Assembly (NCBI GenBank): GCA_964641255.1
Contig: CAZXMM010000001.1
Span: 745,890-809,889, forward strand
Length of the DNA: 64,000 nucleotides
Direction of reading: 5' to 3'
DNA from: an uncultured Gammaproteobacteria bacterium
GTDB taxonomy: Bacteria; Patescibacteriota; Microgenomatia; JAMCZE01
Within the stretch, counting starts at the first letter, position 1; every line of letters begins with the position of its first letter. Under the pieces are notes generated by a model. It searched no databases and had not been told where the DNA came from. It saw nothing but the letters and a program-made list of their open reading frames with translations. The position numbers and the translations under genes were made by a program. This document shows positions 28,291 through 38,259 of the stretch, in pieces.

Positions 28291-30324
28291 ATGCCTCTAG
28301 AAAAATTGGCCCTTAACACTTCTATCTCTAAAGTGCCTCTGATTGGGCCAGCTTATGCTAGGCGCATGGAAAATCTGGAGATTAGAACGGTTTCGGATCT
28401 GCTTTATCATTTACCCTCCCGCTTCGACGACTTCTCACTGCTAGCAAAAGCCAATAGCTTGCAAGAAGGGGAAACCGTTACTATTTTTGGAACTGTCCTC
28501 TCGATTAAAAACATCTTTACCCGTAACGGCTTTATGCTGCAACAGGCCGAAGTGGAAGATGATAGTGGCACTTGTGAGGTGATGTGGTTTAACCAGCGCT
28601 TTATTACTAGTGTCATTAAGAGGGGAGATAGAGTCAGTTTGTCTGGCAAGGTCGGCCGCAGTAGTAAGTCTAAGGTTCAGCTGCAAAACCCAGCTTTTGA
28701 AGTCCTCCATCCCGGCCAAAAACCCATTCATACCGGACGGCTCGTTCCCATCTATCCAGAAACCCAAGGCATTAGTAGTAAGTGGCTCAGAAGTCGGATT
28801 AATAAAGTGCTCGAACTCATTACTTCTGGCAATTTGGAAATTAAGGAGTTTTTAGATACTGACGTCTTGCAAGAGAACCATCTCATGGGTCTACAAGAGG
28901 CGCTTTTTCAAGTCCATTTTCCTGATTCACTGGAAAGAGCAGCCAAAGCCAAAGAACGTCTGGCCTTTAATGAACTGCTGCTGTCTCAACTCGAGTCTAA
29001 GCGGCGCCGTCAGGATTGGCAAAAACAAACCGTGGGGAGTATCTTTAAAATTATCGAATTCAAAGAAAAGCTTGACAGCTTTGTAACCAGTCTGCCTTTT
29101 GAACTGACTGGGGCCCAGCAAAAAGTAATTAGTGAAATCTTTAGCGATCTGGGTAAAAACACTCCCATGAATCGACTCCTGCAAGGAGATGTAGGTTCTG
29201 GAAAAACCGTGGTGGCTGCTCTTGGAATGCTTGTCGCCAAGTTAAATGGTTTTCAATCAGTGCTGATGGCGCCAACCGAAATCCTCGCGCAGCAACACTA
29301 CTTAACTCTGACTCAACTCTTTAAACCCCTAGGTCTGGGTGTGGGTATTGCGACCGGTTCACTAAAAGACTTTGAGAACTACGATATTATTGTGGGGACT
29401 CACGCCTTGTTATCAGACAAGATCAGCTATAAAAAACTCGGATTTATTGTTATTGACGAACAACATAGATTTGGAGTGGGACAGAGGTCACTTTTGGCTC
29501 AGAAGGGGACTAACCCGCATATTTTAACCATGACTGCCACTCCCATTCCCCGAACTGTCGCTCTCACGCTCTACGGCGATTTGGATCTCTCGGTCTTAAA
29601 TGAAATGCCCAAAAATCGGTTACCAATTACCACGTGGGTGGTGCCCCGAGAAAAACGCGACAAGGCTTATGAGTGGATTGTAAGCCAAAAAACCCAAGCC
29701 TTTATCGTCTGTCCCCTTATTGAGCAGTCAGAAGCTGAAACTCTGCAAAGTGTTAAGTCCGTCAAAAAGGAATACGAGCGCCTCTTGGAAATCTTTCCCC
29801 AAATGAAACTGGGACTACTGCACGGCCAAATGAGCGCCAAAGAGAAGGATAAAGTGCTAACAAACTTTAAAGTTGGCAAATTAGATATCCTAGTCACCAC
29901 CCCAGTTGTCGAGGTGGGTATCGATATACCTGGGGCCACCATCATGATGATTGAAGCGGCCGACCGTTTTGGTCTGGCTCAACTCCACCAGTTGCGGGGC
30001 CGCGTCGGTCGGGGGGGGAGAAAATCTTATTGCCTGCTCTTTACGGAAAATCCTGCCCCGGCCGCTACTGCCCGGCTGAAATTTATGGAACGCCTCACTG
30101 ATGGAATGGCCCTGGCGGAAGCAGACCTGCGTTTCCGTGGCCCGGGCCAGCGTTTTGGCCAGGCTCAACACGGCCGGTGGAATTTAAAAATCGCCACCTT
30201 TGACGATTTAGCTCTAGTGGAAAAAACTAACGTTTTGTCCCAAAAAGTGTTGGCCAGTCCAGAGCTATTTCCACTCTTGCACAATAGAGTCACAGAAAAT
30301 ACAATACTTATAGCTCAAAACTAA
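28291..30324 (+). CDS. recG: ATP-dependent DNA helicase RecG
   Basis: QGDVGSGKT, DEQHRFG, MTATPIPRT, QLRGRVGR; track start 28273. Confidence 0.98.
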   Translation: MPLEKLALNTSISKVPLIGPAYARRMENLEIRTVSDLLYHLPSRFDDFSLLAKANSLQEGETVTIFGTVLSIKNIFTRNGFMLQQAEVEDDSGTCEVMWFNQRFITSVIKRGDRVSLSGKVGRSSKSKVQLQNPAFEVLHPGQKPIHTGRLVPIYPETQGISSKWLRSRINKVLELITSGNLEIKEFLDTDVLQENHLMGLQEALFQVHFPDSLERAAKAKERLAFNELLLSQLESKRRRQDWQKQTVGSIFKIIEFKEKLDSFVTSLPFELTGAQQKVISEIFSDLGKNTPMNRLLQGDVGSGKTVVAALGMLVAKLNGFQSVLMAPTEILAQQHYLTLTQLFKPLGLGVGIATGSLKDFENYDIIVGTHALLSDKISYKKLGFIVIDEQHRFGVGQRSLLAQKGTNPHILTMTATPIPRTVALTLYGDLDLSVLNEMPKNRLPITTWVVPREKRDKAYEWIVSQKTQAFIVCPLIEQSEAETLQSVKSVKKEYERLLEIFPQMKLGLLHGQMSAKEKDKVLTNFKVGKLDILVTTPVVEVGIDIPGATIMMIEAADRFGLAQLHQLRGRVGRGGRKSYCLLFTENPAPAATARLKFMERLTDGMALAEADLRFRGPGQRFGQAQHGRWNLKIATFDDLALVEKTNVLSQKVLASPELFPLLHNRVTENTILIAQN

Positions 30325-30335
30325 GTTCTAACTCT

Positions 30336-30536
30336 ATGACACCACTACCAAAACGCCGACTTTCAACGCGCCGCCAGGGGGATAGAAGATCCCACTTTAA
30401 GCTGTCTTTGGTGGATACCCAGCTTTGTAGCAATTGTAAAAAACCCAGTCTTAGCCACAAAGTCTGTGCTTCCTGCGGCTTTTATAAAGGCAAGCTCGTT
30501 AAGCCCCTTAAAGTCAAAAAAGCAGTCAAGAAATAA
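30336..30536 (+). CDS. rpmF: 50S ribosomal protein L32
   Basis: PKRR.S..R...RRSH...C..C....SH.VC..CG.Y. Confidence 0.93.
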   Translation: MTPLPKRRLSTRRQGDRRSHFKLSLVDTQLCSNCKKPSLSHKVCASCGFYKGKLVKPLKVKKAVKK

Positions 30537-31132
30537 TGAAAACCGCCCTTGATCCCCGGCATCAAAAACGCCAGAAGGTAGTCCAAGAATTGTTTGCGTT
30601 TGACGCTCAAAACAAATCCCAGGCACCCCATACCCCACCAGTAGCAGACCTGACCGATACCGCCCAAAAAATTATTGCCAAGCTGGATTTTTTAGATAAG
30701 CTGATCAGTAAAAACGCTCCCGAACGAGAGATTAACCAAATCAACCAGATTGACCTGGCTATCTTAAGAGTGGCAGTCTTTGAAATCACTTTCGACCGTA
30801 GTGCCCCCACTAAAGCTATAATTGACGAAGCGGTGGAAATTGCCAAGGAATTTGGCAGCGAAAGTAGCCCCCAGTTTGTCAATGGAGTCCTGGGCCAGGT
30901 CTTTAGTGACCCGGACCGTCTTAGATCTATAATAGGAGCTAAACTGGGAGTCGAGGAAGAAAAACTAACGGCGGAAACACTTTTACAGGCGGACCTTAAC
31001 ATTTCCCCCCTAGAAGTAGCGGATTTGCTAGCTCTTTTAGAACGAGAGTTAGGTCTCACTCTTCCTACCACCACCCAGTGTCACACCGTCGGAGATATTT
31101 TTGAGGCCATTGAGGAGGCTAAAGCCGAATGA
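30536..31132 (+). CDS. nusB: NusB fused to a C-terminal acyl-carrier-protein-like domain
   Basis: IDLAILR...IDEAVEIAKEFG....FVNGVL, then LGVEEEKLT.ET.L..DL...LE...L...LE.ELG......TVGD. Confidence 0.88.
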   Translation: MKTALDPRHQKRQKVVQELFAFDAQNKSQAPHTPPVADLTDTAQKIIAKLDFLDKLISKNAPEREINQINQIDLAILRVAVFEITFDRSAPTKAIIDEAVEIAKEFGSESSPQFVNGVLGQVFSDPDRLRSIIGAKLGVEEEKLTAETLLQADLNISPLEVADLLALLERELGLTLPTTTQCHTVGDIFEAIEEAKAE

Positions 31133-31827
31133 ATATCACTGACCCCTCTCCCTTAGAAAAAATCTTGACCATCAACTTTAGCGATAAGGGCTTACTAACA
31201 GAAGCTTTGACCCATCGCTCTTATCTAAATGAACACCCAACGACTCCATCTTCCAATGAGCGACTGGAATTTCTGGGCGACAGCGTGCTCTCAATTCTCG
31301 TCTCCACCGAACTTTATAAGCTCTACCCCACTTATCCCGAGGGTAAGCTCACAGCTCTGCGCTCCAGCCTGGTTCGGGCTAAAACCTTGGCTGAATTGGC
31401 AGACACCCTCACGCTCGGGGATTTTTTGTTACTGTCCCGAGGCGAAGAAAAGGGTGGGGGGAGAAAGAACGGCGCCATTTTAGCCGATACTTTTGAGGCC
31501 GTCCTGGGCGCCGTCTACCTAGATCAGGGCTTGGCTGCTGCTAAAAAAGTGCTTGCTCGCTATCTTTTCCCCCGGATTGAGGAGCAAAACAACCGACTGG
31601 GCAGTTTGGACTACAAAAGTAGTTTGCAGGAATTTACTCAAGAACAGAGTCACCAGTCACCGACCTATAAAGTGCTCGCCGAAAGTGGCCCGGATCACGC
31701 TAAACATTTTAGCGTTGGCGTATTTTTGGCCACCACCGAACTGGCCCGGGGAGAGGGCAAAAGTAAACAAGAAGCGGAACAAGATGCTGCCCGGCTCGCC
31801 CTTGAGAAGAGTGGTAAGTTAGGATAA
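31129..31827 (+). CDS. rnc: Ribonuclease III
   Basis: ALTHRSY, NERLEFLGDSVL, C-terminal dsRBD. Confidence 0.98.
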   Translation: MNITDPSPLEKILTINFSDKGLLTEALTHRSYLNEHPTTPSSNERLEFLGDSVLSILVSTELYKLYPTYPEGKLTALRSSLVRAKTLAELADTLTLGDFLLLSRGEEKGGGRKNGAILADTFEAVLGAVYLDQGLAAAKKVLARYLFPRIEEQNNRLGSLDYKSSLQEFTQEQSHQSPTYKVLAESGPDHAKHFSVGVFLATTELARGEGKSKQEAEQDAARLALEKSGKLG

Positions 31828-31837
31828 AATAGCACCT

Positions 31838-32071
31838 ATGGCAGTGAAACTTAGATTGTCCCGAGTCGGCAAACGCAACCACGCACTCTATCGCCTCATC
31901 GTGATCGATGAGCACAAAAAGCGTGATGGTCGGGCCATTGAAATCGTTGGCACTTACGATCCCCACCAAAACACTAACAAATTAACCTGTAAAAAGGACC
32001 GCGTTGATTACTGGCTGTCAGTTGGGGCCAGACCAACAGAAACAGTAGCCCAACTACTTAAATCACTATGA
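31838..32071 (+). CDS. rpsP: 30S ribosomal protein S16
   Basis: MAVKLRL.R.G...YR...RDG..IE..G.YDP...W...GA.PT. Confidence 0.97.
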   Translation: MAVKLRLSRVGKRNHALYRLIVIDEHKKRDGRAIEIVGTYDPHQNTNKLTCKKDRVDYWLSVGARPTETVAQLLKSL

Positions 32072-32316
32072 CAGCTGTCGACTTTGTCACTTTCCTTTGT
32101 CAAAATCTAGTTGATAAACCCGAGGCGGTAGTAGTCAGCGCTGAAGAATTGGCAGGAATGACGACAATCCACATCACGGTTGATCAAAGCGATATGGGCA
32201 AGATAATTGGCAAAGAGGGACGTATTATCCATAGCATTCGCGATTTAACCAGGCTCCTGGGAACTAAGCAGCAACTAAACTTAAACGTGGTCTTAACCGA
32301 TAAGCCAAATCCTTAA
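32068..32316 (+). CDS. khpA: KH-domain RNA-binding protein (KhpA family)
   Basis: DMGKIIGKEGR GxxG loop; follows rpsP. Confidence 0.88.
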   Translation: MTAVDFVTFLCQNLVDKPEAVVVSAEELAGMTTIHITVDQSDMGKIIGKEGRIIHSIRDLTRLLGTKQQLNLNVVLTDKPNP

Positions 32317-33020
32317 GGCACAAAGATATCCTCGGCACCTAGCTCGCTAATTTTAGCTTCCTGATCCGCAGTAAGTGGTGCTAGCTGACCCCAAACGATT
32401 TCTTTAGCAACTGCTGGCTGATAATAGATTCGCAGCGTAATTTCACCGTTCCAAAGAGTGTCGTTTTGGGGAGTCAGATTAACCGCTTCCACTCCGATTA
32501 GCTGGCTGGTTTTAGGTAAACTGCTCAAAAAAGTGGTGAGTTGACTCCGAGTCCCACTGACAGCCAAAGTTGCCGGAGTAGCTTCTACCCCAAGTGGCAA
32601 GTGGGTAATCGACAAAGTTTCAGTCACCGGTGCCAATTGACCTGCCACGGTCGATATTGTGCCTGGAGAAAATTCTAAGTGGTCTACCCGCACCCCAGCT
32701 TGATTGGCCAGAGTAGTAATTCCGGTGATGACTCCGGAAACTTTTTTTTCATCGGGTAGAGCAGCGGCTACCTTGGCATAGTCACTTGCAATTTTTTGAC
32801 TGTCTCCCGCCGCTCCTGACAAAAAATCCAAATCCTCCTGTTGGGCGGCTACTTCTGCGGTTAACTGATTTAACCGGTCGTTTTGGGCAAGAAGCTCCCG
32901 CACCAACTGGGGAGCAAACAGCGCTACTCCAATTATTTCTACTCCTATCAGGAGCACACTTCCAAAAAGTAGAGCGAATCTTTTGAGTAGACTCTTAGCA
33001 TCAAGAGTACCTTTTTTCAT
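32313..33020 (-). CDS. pilO: Type IV pilus PilO-like protein
   Basis: TM, coiled coil, ALP motif; follows pilM-pilN. Confidence 0.7.
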   Translation of the reverse strand: MKKGTLDAKSLLKRFALLFGSVLLIGVEIIGVALFAPQLVRELLAQNDRLNQLTAEVAAQQEDLDFLSGAAGDSQKIASDYAKVAAALPDEKKVSGVITGITTLANQAGVRVDHLEFSPGTISTVAGQLAPVTETLSITHLPLGVEATPATLAVSGTRSQLTTFLSSLPKTSQLIGVEAVNLTPQNDTLWNGEITLRIYYQPAVAKEIVWGQLAPLTADQEAKISELGAEDIFVP

Positions 33021-33565
33021 AGATCAAGATCTTTGTAACTGGCACTAAGGTTCAAACTAAATTGTCGATTATTGCTGCCCTGCAGTCCCTCGACCACAAT
33101 TTTCCCCAGAGCGGGAACGGCACTAGGATCTCCCAACTTGGCTAGCAGCGCTTCGGTATCTGTAGGATTACTAAGAACCAGTGACGCCCGCACGCTCGAA
33201 CCATTCGGCCAATCCATCGCCTTAATGCTTTCCGGACTAACAGGCAAGGAAAAAATGAATTCGGCGCGTTTGCCAAAATCCAGCTGTCGCGGACGCACTA
33301 CTTCAATAGCCGCTAGCTTGGCTTGAGTGGCTAGTAGCATCTTCGCCTCCGGTTCTTTTTCAGCTAATGCTTCTAAAACCCTTCGTTGCTGTGCTTCCTT
33401 AGCCGTGAGGGCAGTCCTAATTTGTCTTTGCCAAAAGACTAGTCCCAAAAAAAAACCGACTACTACTACTGTAAGTATGGCCCCAAAAATAATGAGGACT
33501 CTTTGCAGTTGCCTCTCCTTTTGGGAGAGCACTGTTTTTTGGGGGAGAAGATTGATTTCGATCAT
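33017..33565 (-). CDS. pilN: Type IV pilus PilN-like protein
   Basis: INLLP motif, TM, coiled coil. Confidence 0.8.
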   Translation of the reverse strand: MIEINLLPQKTVLSQKERQLQRVLIIFGAILTVVVVGFFLGLVFWQRQIRTALTAKEAQQRRVLEALAEKEPEAKMLLATQAKLAAIEVVRPRQLDFGKRAEFIFSLPVSPESIKAMDWPNGSSVRASLVLSNPTDTEALLAKLGDPSAVPALGKIVVEGLQGSNNRQFSLNLSASYKDLDL

Positions 33566-34599
33566 AGTTGTTTTTGCGCTAGTCCCACCGCAGTAGTGTA
33601 GAGAGAGGCGTGTTCTAAGAGATTAGTTTTTTGGACATCGGTTAGTAAAATTCCACTAAAGGGGTTAGCAATTTGGATTTCTTGACCGAATTTATCACTG
33701 ATGTATTGCACTAGTCCCGGTAACAGTGCTCCACCGCCGGAAAACACTACCCGTTTTACCTGGTCAGCTGTGTTGACATGATGAGAATCGTAAAAGGCAA
33801 GGGCTTTTTGCATCTCACTGATGGTCATATCAACAATTGGTCTGAGACTGGCTAGGATTTTGCCCTCCAGTTTACTAGGATCTAGGCCGTAAGTTTTTTT
33901 GTATTCCTCAGCTTGGGCTAATTCCAACCCAAGTTCCGTAGCCACTGCTCGACTCATCGCCACCCCCCCAGTGCCAATGGTGTGGACAAACATAAAGTCG
34001 CCGTTTTTTAGAACCAGTAACGAGGTAGCTTGGGCACCAATATGAACTAGCAGAGTAATGGGTGAGTTCTCCTCAAAACCGACGATCGACCGGGCAACTG
34101 AAAAAGCTTCGGTTTCGATACCAATTACTTCCAGGCCCGCGCCGGCAGCCAGACCCATATATTCATTAACAACACTGTTGGGCGCGGCCACTAGCAGTAC
34201 TTCCATTTTTGAATCCGGTGAGTTGATAGCTGGGGTCGCTATTACCTGATGGCGAAGAACCACATCACTTAACGGTAGAGAAATATACTGTTCTGCTTGC
34301 CACTTGATCGCCGCTGCTAAATCTCCGGCTTCCAGATAAGGCATCTCTACGACCCGGGTATCGACCTGGGCCTCGGGCAGAGAGATAGTGACGTCTTTAC
34401 AGTTAAACCCTCCATCCTTAAGCAGCTGCTTAATGGCGTCATTTATTAAGCCTTGACGCTCTTGGGTCGTCTCACTAACTGGCGTGGTCACGACCGCCGC
34501 CTCCAACAGTTTAAATTTGCCCGGCGCCGTTGACTCAAGTTGCACCGCTTTAATAAAAGCGCTGCCAATATCGAGACCTAGGTGTCTTTGAAATTTCAT
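33562..34599 (-). CDS. pilM: Type IV pilus assembly protein PilM
   Basis: GLDIGS..IK, actin-like fold, SGGGA.LPGL, AVGLA. Confidence 0.93.
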   Translation of the reverse strand: MKFQRHLGLDIGSAFIKAVQLESTAPGKFKLLEAAVVTTPVSETTQERQGLINDAIKQLLKDGGFNCKDVTISLPEAQVDTRVVEMPYLEAGDLAAAIKWQAEQYISLPLSDVVLRHQVIATPAINSPDSKMEVLLVAAPNSVVNEYMGLAAGAGLEVIGIETEAFSVARSIVGFEENSPITLLVHIGAQATSLLVLKNGDFMFVHTIGTGGVAMSRAVATELGLELAQAEEYKKTYGLDPSKLEGKILASLRPIVDMTISEMQKALAFYDSHHVNTADQVKRVVFSGGGALLPGLVQYISDKFGQEIQIANPFSGILLTDVQKTNLLEHASLYTTAVGLAQKQL

Positions 34600-34603
34600 A
34601 GTG

Positions 34604-35440
34604 TTACAGACTGCCTCCGGAAAAAATCACATTATCAAAAAAGGCCGGTAGAGCTGTAGGACTTTGCACCGCCTGCAACCGCTTAACCGTATTATTAGTC
34701 GTGGTGGCGGTCGCCTCAATCACTATCGTTTGAGTACTAAGAGCGGTACTACCACTAGGGTTACGGCCACACACAGCTACATTAACGCTAGTAACTGTTG
34801 CGTCACCCAAGGGCTTAACTCGAATTAGAAGGGGAGTAGGACTCGTCCCAATGGCTACATTCTGGGCACAAGAGGTCATGCCCGAAACATTACAGATAAC
34901 GCTGGCACAACTGCTGGCGGCTACCGCATTATGAGCGGCTAATGTATTGGCTGGAGTCGACCCCGACAACCCTTTGGCCACTCGTCTAGTCAGCTGATTA
35001 GCGGCGTTAAGTGAGATTATTTCTAGGGAAGCGTTATTGTCGTTCCACAAAACATCGACGGCAGAGATGCCCGCTGGATTACCCGTAGGCAGCGTCACCT
35101 GAAAAACATCGTCTTTGGCTAAAGAGGTCATTAGAGCATAATTTTGACTGGCCGGACAGATTAGGTAAGTGAGACTCTGGATACCATCAATCGGACTAGC
35201 CACCAAATCAAAACTCGTGGGGGTAGCGCAGCGAATAGTGCCATTTTGCACATAATCAGCTATGGCCGCCGACAAAGCCGCCTCGGCCGCGGCATACGCG
35301 CGAACACCCGAATCAACATAGCTAACTTGACGTAAGTCAGACAGGGTGCGTGACGCTGCTGACAGACCGACGGTAAGGCCCAATAGTCCTAAAAGTAGGG
35401 CTAGAACCGTGATCTGACCAGAACGTAGGCAGTTGCGCAT
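34604..35440 (-). CDS. PilX-like minor pilin
   Basis: G|Q cleavage site without E5, hydrophobic helix, AYAAAEA motif, Cys-rich. Confidence 0.75.
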   Translation of the reverse strand: MRNCLRSGQITVLALLLGLLGLTVGLSAASRTLSDLRQVSYVDSGVRAYAAAEAALSAAIADYVQNGTIRCATPTSFDLVASPIDGIQSLTYLICPASQNYALMTSLAKDDVFQVTLPTGNPAGISAVDVLWNDNNASLEIISLNAANQLTRRVAKGLSGSTPANTLAAHNAVAASSCASVICNVSGMTSCAQNVAIGTSPTPLLIRVKPLGDATVTSVNVAVCGRNPSGSTALSTQTIVIEATATTTNNTVKRLQAVQSPTALPAFFDNVIFSGGSL

Positions 35441-35489
35441 GGTTCCATTATGGAGAGTTCTGAGTACTTTGGCAAGATTAGGCTTACGC

Positions 35490-36044
35490 CTAATATTGTC
35501 TGGGGGTGATCGTGTCAGTTAAAACAATCCGGCCACACTGATCAGCTCTCGATACTCCAATTTTTTGTTGGACTGTCAACACCACGGTAATTGCACCAGA
35601 AGTCAAATCTCTAGTCACTTGCGCACCTGAGGTAGTACAAGAAGTTCCACAAGCGCCGCTGGGACAATCGAGGACTGAAACGCCCGATGAGGATAATTGC
35701 TCCGTTGGAGTACATACTCCGCCAGAAGCCTGTCCCCAAAGAACAATACCGTCTGTTCCAAAGCGATAACAGTCCAGAGGATTGGTACAGTTTGCCGCTT
35801 GGTAAGTAGTGACCGTGATCCCAGGAGAGACCGTCTGACTACCAACTGAGGTAGCACAAGCACTAGTGCGAATTGAATCCCGAAAACGCTGCAAAATAAT
35901 GCTGGCATTTTGCCGCACTTCACCACGCACTGCGGCTTGATTACTATTCTGAATCACCTGGAGAAAAAAAGTCGTCCCTGCTAGCATCAAAATACCAAAT
36001 ACCGCAAGGACAATGACCAGTTCGACTAAGGTAAAGCCTTTCAT
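35490..36044 (-). CDS. Minor pilin (PilW-like)
   Basis: KG|FTLVEL prepilin motif, Cys pairs. Confidence 0.85.
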   Translation of the reverse strand: MKGFTLVELVIVLAVFGILMLAGTTFFLQVIQNSNQAAVRGEVRQNASIILQRFRDSIRTSACATSVGSQTVSPGITVTTYQAANCTNPLDCYRFGTDGIVLWGQASGGVCTPTEQLSSSGVSVLDCPSGACGTSCTTSGAQVTRDLTSGAITVVLTVQQKIGVSRADQCGRIVLTDTITPRQY

Positions 36045-36047
36045 TGA

Positions 36048-36509
36048 TTAGTAATTATAAAAATAGGTATCCAGAGCGATAGTTTGGCATTTACTGCGGT
36101 CCATCCAAGCGACTTTGGCACTCACTCTGATCTGGGCGCTACTAACTTGGGAGACTTGCACCGAGCGGTAAAATGGTGTGGCGGCGATGGCATAGCCAGT
36201 AGTACAAGAGCTGACACAACTGGCGGCCGCCGCCCCACACGAGCTTAGATAGCCGTCAGCGTAACAACCCCCGGCACAGACCTTGGCTAGAGTACTTTGA
36301 AAACGATTAGCTTGATAATAACCCCGCGCCTGCTCCAGGGCTTGCTCGGCGTAACTCGCCGCTTGGCTCCGTAGGGAAGCGCTGGTGCTGGCTGCCCCAA
36401 TTTGGATGGTGAGCCCCACAATGGCCACCCCGATGACCGAGAGAATGAGTAGTGCGATCACAGTCTCGATTAAAGAAATACCGGCAGTTAGGGGGTGGGT
36501 GGTTGCCAT
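36048..36509 (-). CDS. Minor pilin (PilV-like)
   Basis: G|ISLIE prepilin motif, Cys-rich; track start 36527. Confidence 0.8.
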   Translation of the reverse strand: MATTHPLTAGISLIETVIALLILSVIGVAIVGLTIQIGAASTSASLRSQAASYAEQALEQARGYYQANRFQSTLAKVCAGGCYADGYLSSCGAAAASCVSSCTTGYAIAATPFYRSVQVSQVSSAQIRVSAKVAWMDRSKCQTIALDTYFYNY

Positions 36510-36513
36510 AAAA

Positions 36514-37029
36514 TTACAAACTATCAATTCGTATCACTCTCATATTGTCACCACGAATTATCACTGACCGGGTAGTAGTCCCGTTCGTAACGGTGATCGT
36601 CAGATCACTCGCTGATAACACTCCTGCAGTGCAAGCAAAACCATTACTTCCAGTGCAACTGCCACAGAGGTTGGTGGGAGAACTAAAGCTAGTTAAATTA
36701 GGGTTAGCAAAACAAATCGTTCCACTACTGGGTGACAGAGTAACTCCCACCGGTAAATTCACAACCGTTCCGTCAGGCAGTTGATAAGATGTAGAGCTAA
36801 CTAGTGTTACCGCCCGCACCGATGAGCCGGCCGCGCCATTTTGCGCCTGGTTCTGGGCCGCCCGCAAACTACTCATTAGTTGGTTTTGGGCGTCAATCAC
36901 TAGCTGAGAGCGGTTAAAAGTCCCGAAGCCAAAAAAGGCAATGGTCGCGATAATACCAATCACCGCCATGACGATGATTAGTTCAATAGTGCTATAACCC
37001 CCACTAAAGTGAGCAGTTCTTGTGACCAT
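36514..37029 (-). CDS. Minor pilin (FimT/FimU-like)
   Basis: G|YSTIEL motif, LRAAQ. Confidence 0.8.
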   Translation of the reverse strand: MVTRTAHFSGGYSTIELIIVMAVIGIIATIAFFGFGTFNRSQLVIDAQNQLMSSLRAAQNQAQNGAAGSSVRAVTLVSSTSYQLPDGTVVNLPVGVTLSPSSGTICFANPNLTSFSSPTNLCGSCTGSNGFACTAGVLSASDLTITVTNGTTTRSVIIRGDNMRVIRIDSL

Positions 37030-37757
37030 AGGGCAGCGATAAGAGTACCAACAATTAGAAACGGTCCTAAAGGAATTGTGGCAGAAAGCTTGGTCTTCTT
37101 CAAGAGAAGCAAGAGGGTAGCCACCAGTCCGCCACTGACAAACGCCACCCAGAGAGCCACTAAAATATTGGGCCAGCCTAGAAGGAGTCCCATCACCAAC
37201 GCCAATTTAACATCGCCCAGTCCCATACCCCTAAACCAAGTAATTAAGACGACAAGAAAGAACCCCAGCGAGGTGGCTAACCCGATTAGTAAATAAGCAG
37301 GAGAAATTGCTAGGCCAGCCAGGCCCGAGAGAATTAACATTTCGTCGGGAATTAAGCCGTAGTGTAAATCGGCAAAAAAGATGACGATAAAACTAAAAGC
37401 GATTAGGCAGAGTAGTAGGGAAGTCACAGCGGCCGTTGGGGTCAGGACAAAACACAGGACAAAGGACAAAGCTGTTAGCCCCTCAACTAGGGGGTAGTGC
37501 CAGCCAATTGGTCGGTGGCACCACCGGCATTTACCGCGCAACAGACAAAAGGAGAGCAGGGGGATATTATCTCGGGCCGCAATCTGTTTTTGGCATTTTG
37601 GACACAGACTGCGCCCCTGCCAAAATTTGGGAGCCTTAGGATCACAGAGTCTATAGATTAGAACGTTGGCAAAACTACCAAAAGCTAGCCCGATTATACC
37701 TATTAAAAGTAAAAAAAGTGGCCCTTCAGTCACCAGTCTATCATACCAAAATCCCAC
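36978..37757 (-). CDS. pilD: Prepilin peptidase
   Basis: GSFANVLIYR, CPKC/CRWC Zn sites, GMGLGD, PLGPFL; likely start GTG 37733. Confidence 0.93.
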   Translation of the reverse strand: MGFWYDRLVTEGPLFLLLIGIIGLAFGSFANVLIYRLCDPKAPKFWQGRSLCPKCQKQIAARDNIPLLSFCLLRGKCRWCHRPIGWHYPLVEGLTALSFVLCFVLTPTAAVTSLLLCLIAFSFIVIFFADLHYGLIPDEMLILSGLAGLAISPAYLLIGLATSLGFFLVVLITWFRGMGLGDVKLALVMGLLLGWPNILVALWVAFVSGGLVATLLLLLKKTKLSATIPLGPFLIVGTLIAALWSQELLTLVGVIALLN

Positions 37758-37776
37758 ACCTCCTGGTGTGGGATTT
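37749..37776 (-). terminator. Stem-loop downstream of the probable major pilin
   Basis: Perfect 12-bp stem AAATCCCACACC/GGTGTGGGATTT with 4-nt loop; T-run on the minus strand. Confidence 0.7.
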
Positions 37777-37798
37777 GTGTATCAACTCTGAAAAACAA

Positions 37799-38233
37799 CT
37801 ACTCAGCGACGCAATTGGGATCAGCAGTAGTGTTAGTGTTATAACCACCAGCGTTGGCGGTGGAAATTTTCCAAGTTGAGGCCGACGCTGAAGCCGTCTC
37901 CAGCTCTGCACAAATAGCGTAAGTGCCAGCGGCACTGTTAACGCTATAAGTATAGGCGCCCGCATCTTGCGGATCAACCGGAATTCTAGGAATGTATGTG
38001 GGGGCTAAGTCCGCTGTTACAGCAGGATAAGTCTGAGTCTCGGAATAATAAGCCTGAAGAGCTGTTCCCAAGGCGCGGACATCGGCTTTTCTCTTGGTAT
38101 CTCTCGTTTGGGCCTGTACCCGAGTGAACGAAATAACACCAATAGTTGCTAAAATAGCAATGACGGTGACCACAATCATCAGCTCTACCAGCGTAAATCC
38201 TTTTTTGTGATTTGATTTGATATAGTGTGTCAT
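37799..38233 (-). CDS. Type IV pilin (probable major pilin)
   Basis: KG|FTLVEL, RDTKRKAD; SD-like AAGGGGGTG upstream and its own terminator. Confidence 0.88.
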   Translation of the reverse strand: MTHYIKSNHKKGFTLVELMIVVTVIAILATIGVISFTRVQAQTRDTKRKADVRALGTALQAYYSETQTYPAVTADLAPTYIPRIPVDPQDAGAYTYSVNSAAGTYAICAELETASASASTWKISTANAGGYNTNTTADPNCVAE

Positions 38234-38259
38234 TTGTTCACCCCCTTTCCCTTTGACAA

